Shown: positions 28,757 to 41,275 of the stretch, piece after piece
How the letters are laid out: each line of letters starts with the position of its first letter
Position numbering within the stretch: position 1 is the stretch's first letter
Program-made: the position numbers and the translations under genes
Notes under the pieces: generated by a model
Databases searched by the model: none
The model's input: the letters and a program-made list of their open reading frames with translations, nothing else
Told to the model about the DNA's origin: nothing
Assembly: GCA_038087875.1 (NCBI GenBank)
Contig: JAXLNO010000543.1
Coordinates: forward strand, 62,001-126,000
Source of the DNA: Malacoraja senta
Taxonomy: Eukaryota
Reading direction: 5' to 3'
Length of the DNA: 64,000 nucleotides

Positions 28757-29795
28757 TGTCTCTCTTGTGTGATCATCGGTGGTCACTCGAAATGAGTATG
28801 ACTGTCCTCTCCTTAGGGTCGTTCACTTGTGGGTCTGCAGACGTCTGTAAAGGCCGATCCGCGATCCACACACCTTGGTGCAACATGGGCAGTGGAGACT
28901 GGCGGCGGTTGGTAGTTGACGAGCCACCTTCTCTCTCTCCTTACGGTGCTGTCGCTTTGTCTCTGCGACACGGCGTGGTTCCATTTCATGAAGTGCAGTT
29001 CATTCCTGCACGGACTTCCTGCAGGAATGCATGTCTAGTGCAATGCACTCCCAGCTGCTTGATGTGATGTGGAATATCTTCAGACTGTTCTAGGTGTTGT
29101 CCTTGAAGCGTTTCTTTGGCCCGCCGGGGGCTCGCTGACCTTCCTTCAGTTGAGAGTACAGGATTTGTTTATGGAGACGTGTGTTGAACATGTGGATGAC
29201 ATGGCCAGTCCATCGAATTTGGTGCTGCATTATTGTGGTGGTGATGCTGGTCATGTTGGCTTCCTCCAAAACGCTGATGTTGGTGCGTTTGTCCTCCCAG
29301 ATGATCCTCAGAATTTTTCGTAAGGATCTTCGATGATATTGTTCCAGGGTTCTCACGTGCCTGCTGTAGGTGATCCATTACTCAACTCCATACAACAGAG
29401 TGTTAGAGGACAACGGCTCTGTAGACCAGCAGTTTTGTTCGAGCCTTTAGGTCTCGGTCTTCAAAGACTCTTCTCCTGAGTCTGACGTAGACTCCGTTGG
29501 CACAACTCAGGCGATGATTGACCTCAGAGTCGATGTCAGCTTTTGAAGAAAGAATGCTGCCAAGGTTGGGGAAGAGGTCAACGTTTTCAAGAGTGTTGTC
29601 GTCCACTTTTAGACGGCTGTTTGGGTGGAGGTTGATGTTGGACCTGGGTCTAGGTCATGGCTCTGTATGCCTTGGCAAAGGCATTCAGGATGCCCTGGAG
29701 GTCTTCGGCAGAGTGTGCTGCACTGGCGCAGTCGTCCCTGTGCAGAATTCCATGATGGCAGTGTTACTGACTTTGCTCTTGGCCTTCAACCTATT
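28757..29795 (-). mobile_element. RTE (BovB-like) LINE 3' fragment, degenerate
   Basis: ORF pieces LGSILSSKADIDSEVNHRLSCA and LRKILRIIWEDKRTN...RWTGHV...GGPKKRFKD match the RTE C-terminus. Confidence 0.85.
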
Positions 29796-29986
29796 AATAG
29801 TGATAATGTGCGGGGATCGTTGGTCAGTGCAGACTCGGTGCGCCTGTTTCCACGCTGTATTTCTAAGCTAAACTAAATTATTAACAGTGTTGGATGCAAC
29901 TGCAGATGTCGGTTTAAACCGAAGATTGACACAAAATGTTGGAGTAACTCAACTTCTGGCGAGAAGGAATGGTGGTGTTTCGGGTC

Positions 29987-30522
29987 ATGAAAAGCCATGA
30001 AAATTCAAGACATGAAAAGCCACAAAAATTCATGACGTTAAAAGCCACGAAAATTGAAGACGTTAAAAGTCACAAAAATTCTAAACGTAAAAGGCAACGG
30101 CATTTCAAAACTTGAAAAGTCACAAAATTCTAGACATGAAAAGCCAAGAAAATTCAAGACATGAAAAGCCACGAAAATTCAAGATATGAAAAGACACGAA
30201 TATTCAAGACGTGAATATCCACGAAAATTCAAGACGTGAAAAAACCCCACAAAAATTTAAGACTTGAAAAGCCACGAAATTTCAAGACGTGAAAATCAAT
30301 TATTCAAGACGTGAAAAGCCACGAAAATTCAAAACGTTGAAAGCCACGAAAATTCAAGACATGAAACGCAATGACAATTCAAGACGTAAAAAGCCACGAA
30401 AAATCAAGACATGAAAAGCCACGAAAATTCAAGACGTGAAAAGCCACGAAAATTCAAGGCACGAAAAGCCACGAAAATTCAAGGCATGAAAAGCCATGAA
30501 AATTGAAGACACGAAAAGCCAC
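29987..30522. repeat. Variant 25-bp satellite (GAAAATTCAAGACGTGAAAAGCCAC)n
   Basis: Tandem 25-mers, related to the inverted main monomer by a few substitutions. Confidence 0.9.
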
Positions 30523-31726
30523 GTGAAATGCGACGAAAATTCAGCACATGAAAAGCGAAGAAAATTCAGGATGCGGAAGGCAACGAAAATTCAAAATGCC
30601 AAAAGCAATGTAAATTCAGGATGCGAAAAGTGACAAAAGTTCAGGACACATGAAATGCGACAAAATTACAGGACGCATAATGCTAGCTAGATGGCTACAT
30701 ATAGGGGAGGGTGCCTAGAAATAGGAGTGGTTTAGGGAAGGGCACCTGTAAATGTGTATTTCTGGTAGGGCATGTAAATGGGAGAGGGATTTAGGGGAGG
30801 GCACCTTTAAATGGTGAATTAGGAGGGCATCTGTAATTGGTGAATTAGTGGAGGGCACCTTTAAATGGTGATGTAGGGAAGGCATCTGTAAATTTAGGGT
30901 AGATTTAGGGGAGAGCACCTGTAAAGGAGCAATACAATATGAGCAACAACAAAACTGAAGCTTTACAACAACTGGTGTGTTGTTACACCAATCCACTTAA
31001 CAATCTATAATTCTTTCCCCTTCATTCATTTATTCCCCACTGTACCGAGGTACAGTGAAAAGCTTTAGTTGCGAGCTAACCAGTTAGCAGAAAGACAAAA
31101 CATGATCACAATTGAGCCAGCTAGATGGCTACATCCTGCATTGAGCCAGCTATATGGCTACAGACTGGATAGCTAGCTACATACTGGTGTTTCGTAGTTA
31201 CAAACAACCGAATTGGAAGAACAGCACCTCATATTTCGCTTGGGCAGCTTGCACCCCAGCGGTATGAAAATTGCCTTCTCTAACCTCAAGTAACCCTTGC
31301 TTTCCCTCTCTCTGTTCCTCCCCCACTTTATTGTTCTGCTAGTTTCCATGTTTGTATCTCTTCCATGACCAACAATAGACCATTGTGGGCTCCACCTTTC
31401 CTGGGCCATCGTTTTGGCCTGATTTGTTCTGTACCTTCCCATACCTCTCGTTTCCCTTTCACCTGCCTCTCAGTCCGAAGAAGGTTCTCGAACCAAAACG
31501 TCACCTTTTCTCCAGATATGCTGCCTGCCCTGCTGGGTTTCTCCAGCTTTTGTGTCTATCTTCGGTGTAAACCAGCATCTGCCGTTCCTTCCTCGGTGCG
31601 GATTCGGTGGGCGGAAGGGTCTGTTTCCGCGCTGTATCTCGAAATTAAACTTAACCAATCAACATTGATGTCCAGCTCATTTATTTACATAATATACATA
31701 AATTGGCTTGGCACAAGAGTTTAAAT

Positions 31727-32766
31727 TGTCTCTCTTGTGTGATCATCGGTGGTCACTCGAAATGAGTATGACTGTCCTCTCCTTAGGGTCGTTCACTTGT
31801 GGGTCTGCAGACGTCTGTAAAGGCCGATCCGTGATCCACACACCTTGGTGCAACATGGGCAGTGGAGACTGGCGGCGGTTGGTAGTTGACGAGCCACCTT
31901 CTCTCTCTCCTTACGGTGCTGTCGCTTTGTCTCTGCGACACGGCGTGGTTCCATTTCGTGAAGTGCAGTTCATTCCTGCACGGACTTCCTGCAGGAATGC
32001 ATGTCTAGTGCAATGCACTCCCAGCTGCTTGATGTGATGTGGAATATCTTCAGACTGTTCTAGGTGTTGTCCTTGAAGCGTTTCTTTGGCCCGCCGGGGG
32101 CTCGCTGACCTTCCTTCAGTTGAGAGTACAGGATTTGTTTATGGAGACGTGTGTTGAACATGTGGATGACATGGCCAGTCCATCGAAGTTGGTGCTGCAT
32201 TATTGTGGTGGTGATGCTGGTCATGTTGGCTTCCTCCAAAACGCTGATGTTGGTGCGTTTGTCCTCCCAGATGATCCTCAGAATTTTTCGTAAGGATCTT
32301 CGATGATATTGTTCCAGGGTTCTCACGTGCCTGCTGTAGGTGATCCATTACTCAACTCCATACAACAGAGTGTTAGAGGACAACGGCTCTGTAGACCAGC
32401 AGTTTTGTTCGAGCCTTTAGGTCTCGGTCTTCAAAGACTCTTCTCCTGAGTCTGACGTAGACTCCGTTGGCACAACTCAGGCGATGATTGACCTCAGAGT
32501 CGATGTCAGCTTTTGAAGAAAGAATGCTGCCAAGGTTGGGGAAGAGGTCAACGTTTTCAAGAGTGTTGTCGTCCACTTTTAGACGGCTGTTTGGGTGGAG
32601 GTTGATGTTGGACCTGGGTCTAGGTCATGGCTCTGTATGCCTTGGCAAAGGCATTCAGGATGCCCTGGAGGTCTTCGGCAGAGTGTGCTGCACTGGCGCA
32701 GTCGTCCCTGTGCAGAAGCTCCATGATGGCAGTGTTACTGACTTTGCTCTTGGCCTTCAACCTATT
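31727..32766 (-). mobile_element. RTE fragment, duplicate copy
   Basis: Near-identical to 28757-29795. Confidence 0.85.
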
Positions 32767-32957
32767 AATAGTGATAATGTGCGGGGATCGTTGGTCAGTG
32801 CAGACTCGGTGGGCCTGTTTCCACGCTGTATTTCTAAGCTAAACTAAATTATTAACAGTGTTGGATGCAACTGCAGATGTCGGTTTAAACCGAAGATTGA
32901 CACAAAATGTTGGAGTAACTCAACTTCTGGCGAGAAGGAATGGTGGTGTTTCGGGTC

Positions 32958-33557
32958 ATGAAAAGCCACGAAAATTCATGATGTTAAAAGCCACGAAAAT
33001 TGAAGACGTTAAAAGTCACAAAAATTCTAAACGTAAAAGGCAACGGCATTTCAAAACTTGAAAAGCCACAAAATTCAAGACATGAAAAGCCAAGAAAATT
33101 CAAGACATGAAAAGCCACGAAAATTCAAGATATGAAAAGACACGAATATTCAAGACGTGAATATCCACGAAAATTCAAGACGTGAAAAAACCCCACAAAA
33201 ATTCAAGACTTGAAAAGCCACGAAATTTCAAGACGTGAAAATCAATTATTCAAGACGTGAAAAGCCATGAAAATTCAAGACGTTGAAAGCCACAAAAATT
33301 CAAGACATGAAACGCAATGACTATTCAATATGTGAAAAGCCACGAAAAATCAAGACATTAAAAGCCACGAAAATTCAAGACATGAAAAGCCATGAAAATT
33401 CAAGGCACGAAAAGCCACGAAAATTCAAGGCATGAAAAGCCATGAAAATTGAAGACATGAAAAGCCATGAAAATTCGACATGAAAAGCCACAAAAATTCA
33501 AGACGTTTAAACCACGAAAATTCAAGACGTAAAAAGCCATGAAAATTCAAGACTTCA
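32958..33557. repeat. Variant 25-bp satellite, duplicate copy; last satellite block in the window
   Basis: Same monomer as 29987-30522. Confidence 0.9.
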
Positions 33558-34193
33558 AGCTGGTGTGACTTTGGTGGGGGAGGGATGGAGAGAGAGCGAG
33601 CGCAGGTGTACATGAAGTTAAAGAAAGCAATATTCATTCTTGACATAGAAGGAATGGGTGACGTTTCAGGTCAAGATCCTTATTCATTGACAGAATTGAT
33701 GTGCAGTGGGATCTTAGGGTCCAGGTTCTCATCTCACTGAAGGAGGCAGTATTTTTATTTTTTAAATTTTTTTTTATTAGAAGTATTTTACATTACAATT
33801 ATCTGCAATAACATAACATCATTTTATACAATTCATGTACCACTTCTGTTTTTCAACTTTAATAGAAAAAAGGATAGAAAGAGCTAGCAAAGATAGTCAG
33901 TGAGTGAATGAAAGTGGTCCAGGAACACTTTTGTGAACCTAAACCACAAGAAGTAGTTAAGGAAGAAAAGAAAAAAAGAGAAAAAAGAAAATAAGGTAGG
34001 ACAATATGAAAGGGATGTGTCTACTTCTTATCCTTACTCACCCCTCGCCAGGTCCTAAAACCATTTATTATCAACATTTTGTTGCACCCTATGTTTGTAA
34101 TAAGTCGATATATGGCGACCAAATCTTTTGGAATTGGTCTTGTTTACCTGCTAGAAGGAATCTCATATCTTCTAAATGTAACAATTCCGACAT

Positions 34194-35751
34194 GACTTCA
34201 TCGGACAGAACCAGCATGGTTTTGTGAAGGGGAAGTCCTGTTTAACGAATCTGCTCGAATTCTTTGAGGAAGTAACAACCCGGGTGGATAAAGGGGAACC
34301 GGTGGATGTGGTATACTTGGACTTCCAAAAGGCTTTTGACAAGGTGCCACATAAGAGACTATTGCTAAAAATAAAAAATTATGGGATTGGGGGTAATATA
34401 TTAGCATGGGTAGAGGATTGGCTAACAAATAGGAAGCAGAGAGTGGGGATAAATGGTTCATACTCGGGATGGCAACCGGTAACTAGCGGGGTTCCGCAAG
34501 GGTTGGTGCTGGGACCCCAGTTGTTCACAATTTATATAAATGATTTGGAGGAGGGAACCAAGTGTAATATATCAAAATTTGCGGACGATACAAAAATGGG
34601 AGGAAAGGTAGGGGATGAGGAGGATAGGAAGAGTCTGCAAAAGGATATAGATAAGCTAGGTGAGTGGGCAACAACTTGGCAGATGAAATTTAATACTAAT
34701 AAATGTGAAGTCATTCACTTTGGGAAAAAAAATGATAGGGCAAGTTATTTTCTAAATGAGGTGGAGCTGCGTTGTAATGCAACGCAAAGGGATCTAGGGG
34801 TAGTAGTACATGAATCACTAAAAGTTAGTATGCAGGTGCAGCAAGCAATCAGGAAGGCCAATGGAGTTTTGGCCTTTATTGCTAGGGGGATTGAGTATAA
34901 AAACACGGAGGTCTTGCTGCAGCTGTACACAGTATTAGTGAGACCACATTTGGAATACTGTGTACAGTTCTGGGGTCCATACTTAAGAAAGGATGTACTG
35001 GCCCTGGAGGCAGTGCAGCGAAGGTTTACAAGATTAATTCCTGCAATGAGGGGATTGACATATGAGGAAAGGTTAAGTAGGCTGGAACTCTACTCTTTGG
35101 AGTTTAGAAGAATGAGAGGCGATCTCATTGAAACATATAAGATCGTGAGGGGCCTTGATCGGGTGGATGCACCGAGGATGTTCCCAATGATCGGGGAAAC
35201 TAGAACTAGGGGACATAGTTGTAGAATAAGAGGGGGCTCTTTTAAAACTGAGATGAGGAAGAACTTCTTCACCCAGAGGGTGGTTAATTTATGGAATTCA
35301 CTGCCCCAGGGAGCAGTGGAAGCAGAAACATTAAATATATTTAAGTCTAAAATAGATGGTTTTTTAGCTGCCAAGGGGATAAGGGGCTACGGGGAGAGGG
35401 CAGGGATATGGACCTAGGTATGGTTAGTATAGTAAGACCTGAGTGATCTCCTGGACAAGTGTCGATCGCCTGGATTGGGGTCGGAGAGGAATTTCCCGGA
35501 TTTTTTTCCCGAATTGGACCTGGGTTTCTATCCGGTTTTTTGCCTCCCCCAGGAGATCACGCAGTTCTTGGGGTGGAGAGGGGTGATAGCGGTATAAAGG
35601 GGAGGGTAGTGTCTTGTGTTCTGTGTCTTGTGTCTACTGTTTGTGGGTAAGGGTGTCTGTTTAGTGTTCAGCCATGAGCGAATGGCGGTGCGGGCTCGAT
35701 GGGCCTGGTGGTCTACTCTCGCACCTACTTTCTATGTTTCTATGTTTCTAT
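34194..35751 (+). mobile_element. 5'-truncated CR1 LINE with an uninterrupted RT/C-terminal ORF (34224-35417)
   Basis: YLDFQKAFDKV, GVPQG and KFADD motifs. (TTTCTATG)n tail. GACAT TSD at 34189-34193 and 35752-35756. Confidence 0.95.
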
Positions 35752-37757
35752 GACATATTAGAAGTCCACATTTTTATTGTTGGCGTAGGGGCATTTTTCC
35801 AAAATTTCAATATCAGTTTTTTTGCCGTTAATAAACCATAACTAAGAAAACTCCTTTGAAACGCAGTCAGCTCCAAACTTGCTTCTGTTGTTCCAAAAAT
35901 AATCAGTTCTGCATTTGGTTTCAATTTTATTTTAAATAATTTAGAGAAAATATCAAAAATTTCATTCCAATATTTTTGAATTTTTATACAAAAGACAAAA
36001 GAATGTGCTATAGTTGATTCTTGGACTAGGCATTTATCACAGTTAGCCGAGGTATTAGTGTAAAATTTACTTAATTTAGCTTTTGAATAATATAATCTAA
36101 GTAAAATTTTAAATTGAATCAAAGTATGTCTTACGTTAATCGAACATTTATGCACATATAATAGATGTCTATCCCAACTCTCTTTCGAGATTTTTATAGC
36201 TAGTTCCTGTTCCCATTCTCTTCTAATCCCGTCCGATGCTGGAATTTCTATGTTTAAAATGGAGTTATATAGGTATGATATTAAATTAGCTGATTCCGCT
36301 TTTATATTCATTATCCCATCTAATAGGTCAGGAGACATATTTTGATATTCTCGTGTATACTTTTTCAAATAATCATGTAGTTGAAAATATTTAAAGTATT
36401 GATTACTATTCAAGTTGTATTTAAGTTGTAATTGATTAAATGTTAAAAAACTTCCATTATCATACATATCTCCAAACATTTTAATTCCTACTCTTTCCCA
36501 ATTTATAAAAGCTCTATCTATCATAGAAGGTTTAAACGCAGGGTTATTCATTATAGGAGAAAGTAGTGATAGATTTCTTAATTTTAACGTTAATTTTATT
36601 TGTTTCCAAATTCTAATTGTACTATAAATAATTGGATTTTTACTATATATTGTATTCTTTATTTTTGTTGGTGAGAGAAGGATCGCTCCTATATTAAAAG
36701 GGGAACAGTCCTCTCTCTCCATTACTATCCAATCCACCCGTTGGGCCGAATTGTCCAACAGGTGAATCATATTTTTGACATTTGTGGCCCAATAATAATA
36801 TAAAAAATTGGGAAGTGATAATCCACCAAATTCCTTAGGTTAGCACAAATGTTTTCTTTGAATTCTGTGGGATTTATAGTCCCATATAAAATTTGTAATA
36901 TCGGCATCCAATTAAAAAAAAAAAAAATTTGGTAAGTATTGACTGGAATAAATATAAAATTTGTGATAAAAAAATCATTTTTATAGCATTTATTCGGCCT
37001 ATAAGAGATATCGGGAGGGTTTTCCAGAATTTAATCAATGTGTTTAATTTATTGAGTAAGGGCATATAGTTTGCATTAAATAGAGATTTATATTTTCTAG
37101 TAATTTCAATTCCTAAATATTTAAATTTTTCGGAAGCGATTTTAAAAGGGAATTTTAACAGGTGTGTCGATTCTTGAGGTTTAATCGTCATAATTTCACT
37201 TTTATTCCAATTTATTCTATATCCTGAGAAGGATCCAAATTCCTCAATTAAATTTAATATATTTGGTATACTAATTTGTGATTTTGTAATATATAGTAGT
37301 ACATCATCTGCATATAAAGATATCTTACTATTTGAATATTTTGTATTATATCCATGAATATTCGGATGTATCCTAATACTTTCCGCTAACGGTTCTATTA
37401 CCAGAGCAAATAGCAGAGGTGATAATGAATACCCCTGTCTATTTCCCCTTGATAACTAAAATTTCGAGGACAAAATATTATTAGTTAATATTCTGGCCGT
37501 AGGCCTATCATATAATAATTTTACCCAAGCGATAAAATTATCACCCATTTGAAATTTTTGCAATACTTTAACCATATAATCCCATTCCACTTGATCAAAT
37601 GCTTTTTCTGCGTCCAGTGAAATAATTGATAAGTCTTGCTCTTCGGTTTTATGTGAGTGCATTATATTAAACAGACGTCTCAGATTATTGCTTGAGTATC
37701 TCTTGGGTATAAACCCTGTTTGATCCGGATTTATCAATTTACTGACATAGTTACTTA

Positions 37758-38360
37758 AGGCCGTGTCTTACCTGTTTGCGGTCATCGGCGGTGAAGCGCG
37801 GTGTCGACGGTAGCTAGGACCGCGCGGCAACGGCGAGAGCGTCGAGGCTATCCAACGGAGCACCGCACGGATGTTGCGCGGGGGCCGAGTTAATTCAAAC
37901 ACGGCGGGTCCCACGTGCTTGCGGTAAGTAAAAAAAGGGCGGGCCGACTGCGATGACGTCGGCCCCCCGCACGTGACTCACCAGCGGCGGCTGTGGCGGC
38001 GGCCATCCTGATCGCGGCGCTGTAGCGGTGGCTGTGTCTGCGGCCGCGCAGCACACGTGCCTCACTGGCGGCGGCACGTGCGTCACTGGCGGAGGCTGTG
38101 GCAGAGGAGGTTTGACGCACGGCGCTCGACCCACACTGGCGGCGGCCCGTGTGAGCGGCCGTGCGCACTCATGCTTCACTGGTGGAGGTTGTGCGGTGAG
38201 TATTTGGTTTTCGACATTGTCGATTTTATTTTTGCACCGCGCGGTGTTGGGAACACCGTCGCACGGCCCGGGAATTGTTCTTTCTAACGAGTGCGCGGTC
38301 TATGGCGGCAGATTCTTCCCGTTTCGCCGCCAATGACCGCAGATTCGTGAGACAGACCTT
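37758..38360. mobile_element. 603-bp GC-rich non-autonomous PIF/Harbinger (Tourist-like) MITE
   Basis: TTA TSD at 37755-57 and 38361-63. ~40-bp imperfect TIRs. L1 ORF2 is contiguous once it is removed. Confidence 0.88.
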
Positions 38361-39055
38361 TTAGCCTTCTAGCTAATGTTTTCGCTAATATTTTTTGATC
38401 TGTGTTTAGCAGCGCAATAGCTCCATAAGAACCCGGATCTTCTAAATCTTTACCTTTTTTTAGGTATAAGTGTAATCGTTGACTCCGCCAATGTTTCTGG
38501 AAGTGTATGTTCTTTAAAGGCATATGTATACATTTTATGTAGTCGTGGTGTAATTATCTCGTAAAATCTTTTATAAAATTCATTGCTAAAACCATCTGGT
38601 CCTGGAGTTTTTCCATTCTTTAATGTATTTATTGTTTCTTCTATTTCCTTTGTTGAGATTTGTGCACCTAGTTCCTCTTGTTCACTCATATTGAGTTTTG
38701 GGAGATTACAATTATCCAGGAACTCTCTAACTTTGGTACTATCTGCTACCGCTTTAGATGTATATAAATTTTGATAAAATTGAGCGAATCTTTTGTTAAT
38801 ATCCTTAAAGGTCTGTCACACTGTGCGAGTTGACCCACGAGTGACCCCGAGTGAAAGACTCGTGGTTGCGTACGATACTACAAGTTTATGATCCCGAGTT
38901 TAACCGAGTTCCCATGGGTATGTCTAAGTTTGCCGTTTACTTCTCATTTCTGCGATGTTCCAAGTTCGTCTCCCGAGTGTACCAAGTTCCTCTCCCGTTA
39001 ATCTTGAGGCAACAATGTATATCGACGTGTTGCAAAATCATCACATGTTAAAAAA

Positions 39056-40450
39056 ATGATGTCATGCTTTTTTTTTACATACTATAAAAAGCCTGCCTTG
39101 TTTAAATTGGCTCATTTGGAGAAAATGTCTGCAAGAAGGCTATTGGAGTCCAGAATGGTGATGTTTTTTGTTCAAGTGCTGTATGCTGCAGCCCTTAATG
39201 TGATGCAAGGACGCTTGTGTAATGAAGGCAGAAGAGAGAGAGTAAAGAGGAAAATTAAGAAGAGGTCTCAGTGGGTGAAGCCCCTGTTTCAAAGGAGATC
39301 TCTCTTTGGACAGTATGAAAAGCTGCTTAATGTGCTGTGCGAAGAGGATAAATCTGCATTTAAAAATTTCACCAGAATTTCACCTGAGCTCTTTAATGAG
39401 CTGAAGAATAACTTGGGACCTCTGCTGATGAAACATGACACGGTATTGAGAAAGGCTCTGGAACCAGGGCTGCGCCTAGCAATCACCCTCCGCTACTTGG
39501 CTTCAGGTGATTCTTACAAAAGTCTCTCGTACAACTTTCTGGTTGCCCACAACACCATCAGCGGGATTGTCCGAGAGACTTGTGAGGCCATTGTCGATTT
39601 TTATGCAGCTGATGTGATGGACTGCCCCAGTACACCAGATGCGTGGAAGAGAGTGGCGCTGGGGTTTAAAAGCAGATGGAACTTTACACACACATGTGGG
39701 GCTGTGGATGGCAAGCATGTGGCCATTCGTTGTCCACCTAAAGGTGGCTCAAATTATTTTAATTACAAAAAATTCCATTCTATTGTATTGTTAGCTGTGG
39801 TGGATTATAACTACAACTTCCAGTATGTGGATGTGGGCACACCTGGAAGTGTCGCTGATGGCAGGATTTGGAGAGAGACGTGGCTTGGGCAGAAAATGGA
39901 AAATGGAACAGCAGGCATGCCTGATCCCGAACCTCTGCCAGGAGAAGACAGCCCGGACATTCCATATTCAATGGTTGCTGACGATGCATTTGCACTAAGG
40001 CCCTGGATGATGAAGCCATATCCACACAGACATTTAACAAGGGTCCAGAGGATCTTTAATTACAGGCTGTCCAGGGCTAGGAGGGTAGTAGAAAATGCTT
40101 TTGGCATCCTGGCAAACAGATTTAGATGCTTGCTCAAAACCATGGAGCAGGAGCCAAAGAACGTAGAGACTATTGTGTTTGCTGCATGTGTTCTGCACAA
40201 CCTGATCCGTATCAGAGGTGCAGCTTCAGGATCAGCAACAGCCATGCAGGACGGTGACTTAGTGGACAGTCAAACTGGGAATATAACACTAGGTGCGTGG
40301 AGGAGTGGTACAAATGACGAGACTTTGGTACCACTGCAGGCTTTTCGAGGTAACACGGGGACCAACAGTGCAAAAGAGCAGAGAGACCATCTCTGCTCCT
40401 ACTATAATTCAGAATTGGGCAGTTTGCCGTGGCAGGACAGCTTATTTTGA
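39056..40450 (+). CDS. Harbinger DDE transposase (HARBI1-like), intact 464-aa ORF; the true start may be the Met at 39125
   Basis: Motifs LAITLRYLASG, CGAVDGKHV, VADDAF and LSRARRVVENAFGILANRFR. AATAAA at ~40885. Confidence 0.95.
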   Translation: MMSCFFFTYYKKPALFKLAHLEKMSARRLLESRMVMFFVQVLYAAALNVMQGRLCNEGRRERVKRKIKKRSQWVKPLFQRRSLFGQYEKLLNVLCEEDKSAFKNFTRISPELFNELKNNLGPLLMKHDTVLRKALEPGLRLAITLRYLASGDSYKSLSYNFLVAHNTISGIVRETCEAIVDFYAADVMDCPSTPDAWKRVALGFKSRWNFTHTCGAVDGKHVAIRCPPKGGSNYFNYKKFHSIVLLAVVDYNYNFQYVDVGTPGSVADGRIWRETWLGQKMENGTAGMPDPEPLPGEDSPDIPYSMVADDAFALRPWMMKPYPHRHLTRVQRIFNYRLSRARRVVENAFGILANRFRCLLKTMEQEPKNVETIVFAACVLHNLIRIRGAASGSATAMQDGDLVDSQTGNITLGAWRSGTNDETLVPLQAFRGNTGTNSAKEQRDHLCSYYNSELGSLPWQDSLF

Positions 40451-41275
40451 GCGGCTGCCGACAACAGGTACATCACTGCATGAGGAGAGCCCACATGCCG
40501 AAAAATCCAGTTAATTTCATGTTTAGTTTCAATCCTGCTGACTTTTCTTTGTTTAACTTTAAGTGTGGATTTTATTTTTTATTGTGGTGTAAAAGTAATT
40601 TCATTGCATCTGTCTTTCCTTTAAAACGTGGTTATCATGCATCTGCTTATCTGAATGTAGATCTCAAAACTTGTCATTTAGCGCATTGCATTGTATCTTT
40701 TATTGCCTGAATTTAGACTTGTGCATTTCTCAGCTGAATTAGTATATAGTGGAAATACTTTTATTTGTGCTTCATTTGTTGATTTGCATGTTTGAGAAGC
40801 CCTTTTTCAGACAACTGTGTTGTTTGCTGTGGTGCTCCTTTTCTCAATATGCGCAAAAAAGCGTTTATTATATTGAACAAGATGAATAAAGACTTTGTTT
40901 CACATTCACCGTGCTGTTTGTCTTATTTTCTGATCTACTGAGAGGGGACAAACATTTAAAAAGCTCAGCATATGAGGCAGCTGTCCATAACTCTCACAAA
41001 TGATTGTGAGAATCAAAATGTGAATATATTTTGCCTTCCTCTATTTTGTGTTTTATGATGAAAGGAATATTACATTCAAGTCATGAGACTTTGTTGTGAT
41101 ATTAAAATGAAGATTTCCAGACATCAAATTGATCTTGATTGCAAAGACCTCTCTTTTATTGTGCAATGAAGTAAATAGTGAGAAAAGTGGGAGTATCCAA
41201 AAGATATTAACATATGATCAAACAGGGAAAAAACAATATATACAGATAAGAATGAACATCAGAGGGATAACGGAA

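Larger units (their letters stand above)
27666..33460. repeat. Tandem segmental duplication, two ~2.97-kb near-identical copies (~27666-30520, ~30643-33460)
   Basis: Same sequence and ORFs at offsets of 2970-2977 (e.g. 28201/31171, 29090/32060). Confidence 0.95.

Noticed and set aside
37890..38336. GC-rich ORFs inside the MITE
   Set aside because: Stop-poor frames are expected at high GC; no recognisable domain.
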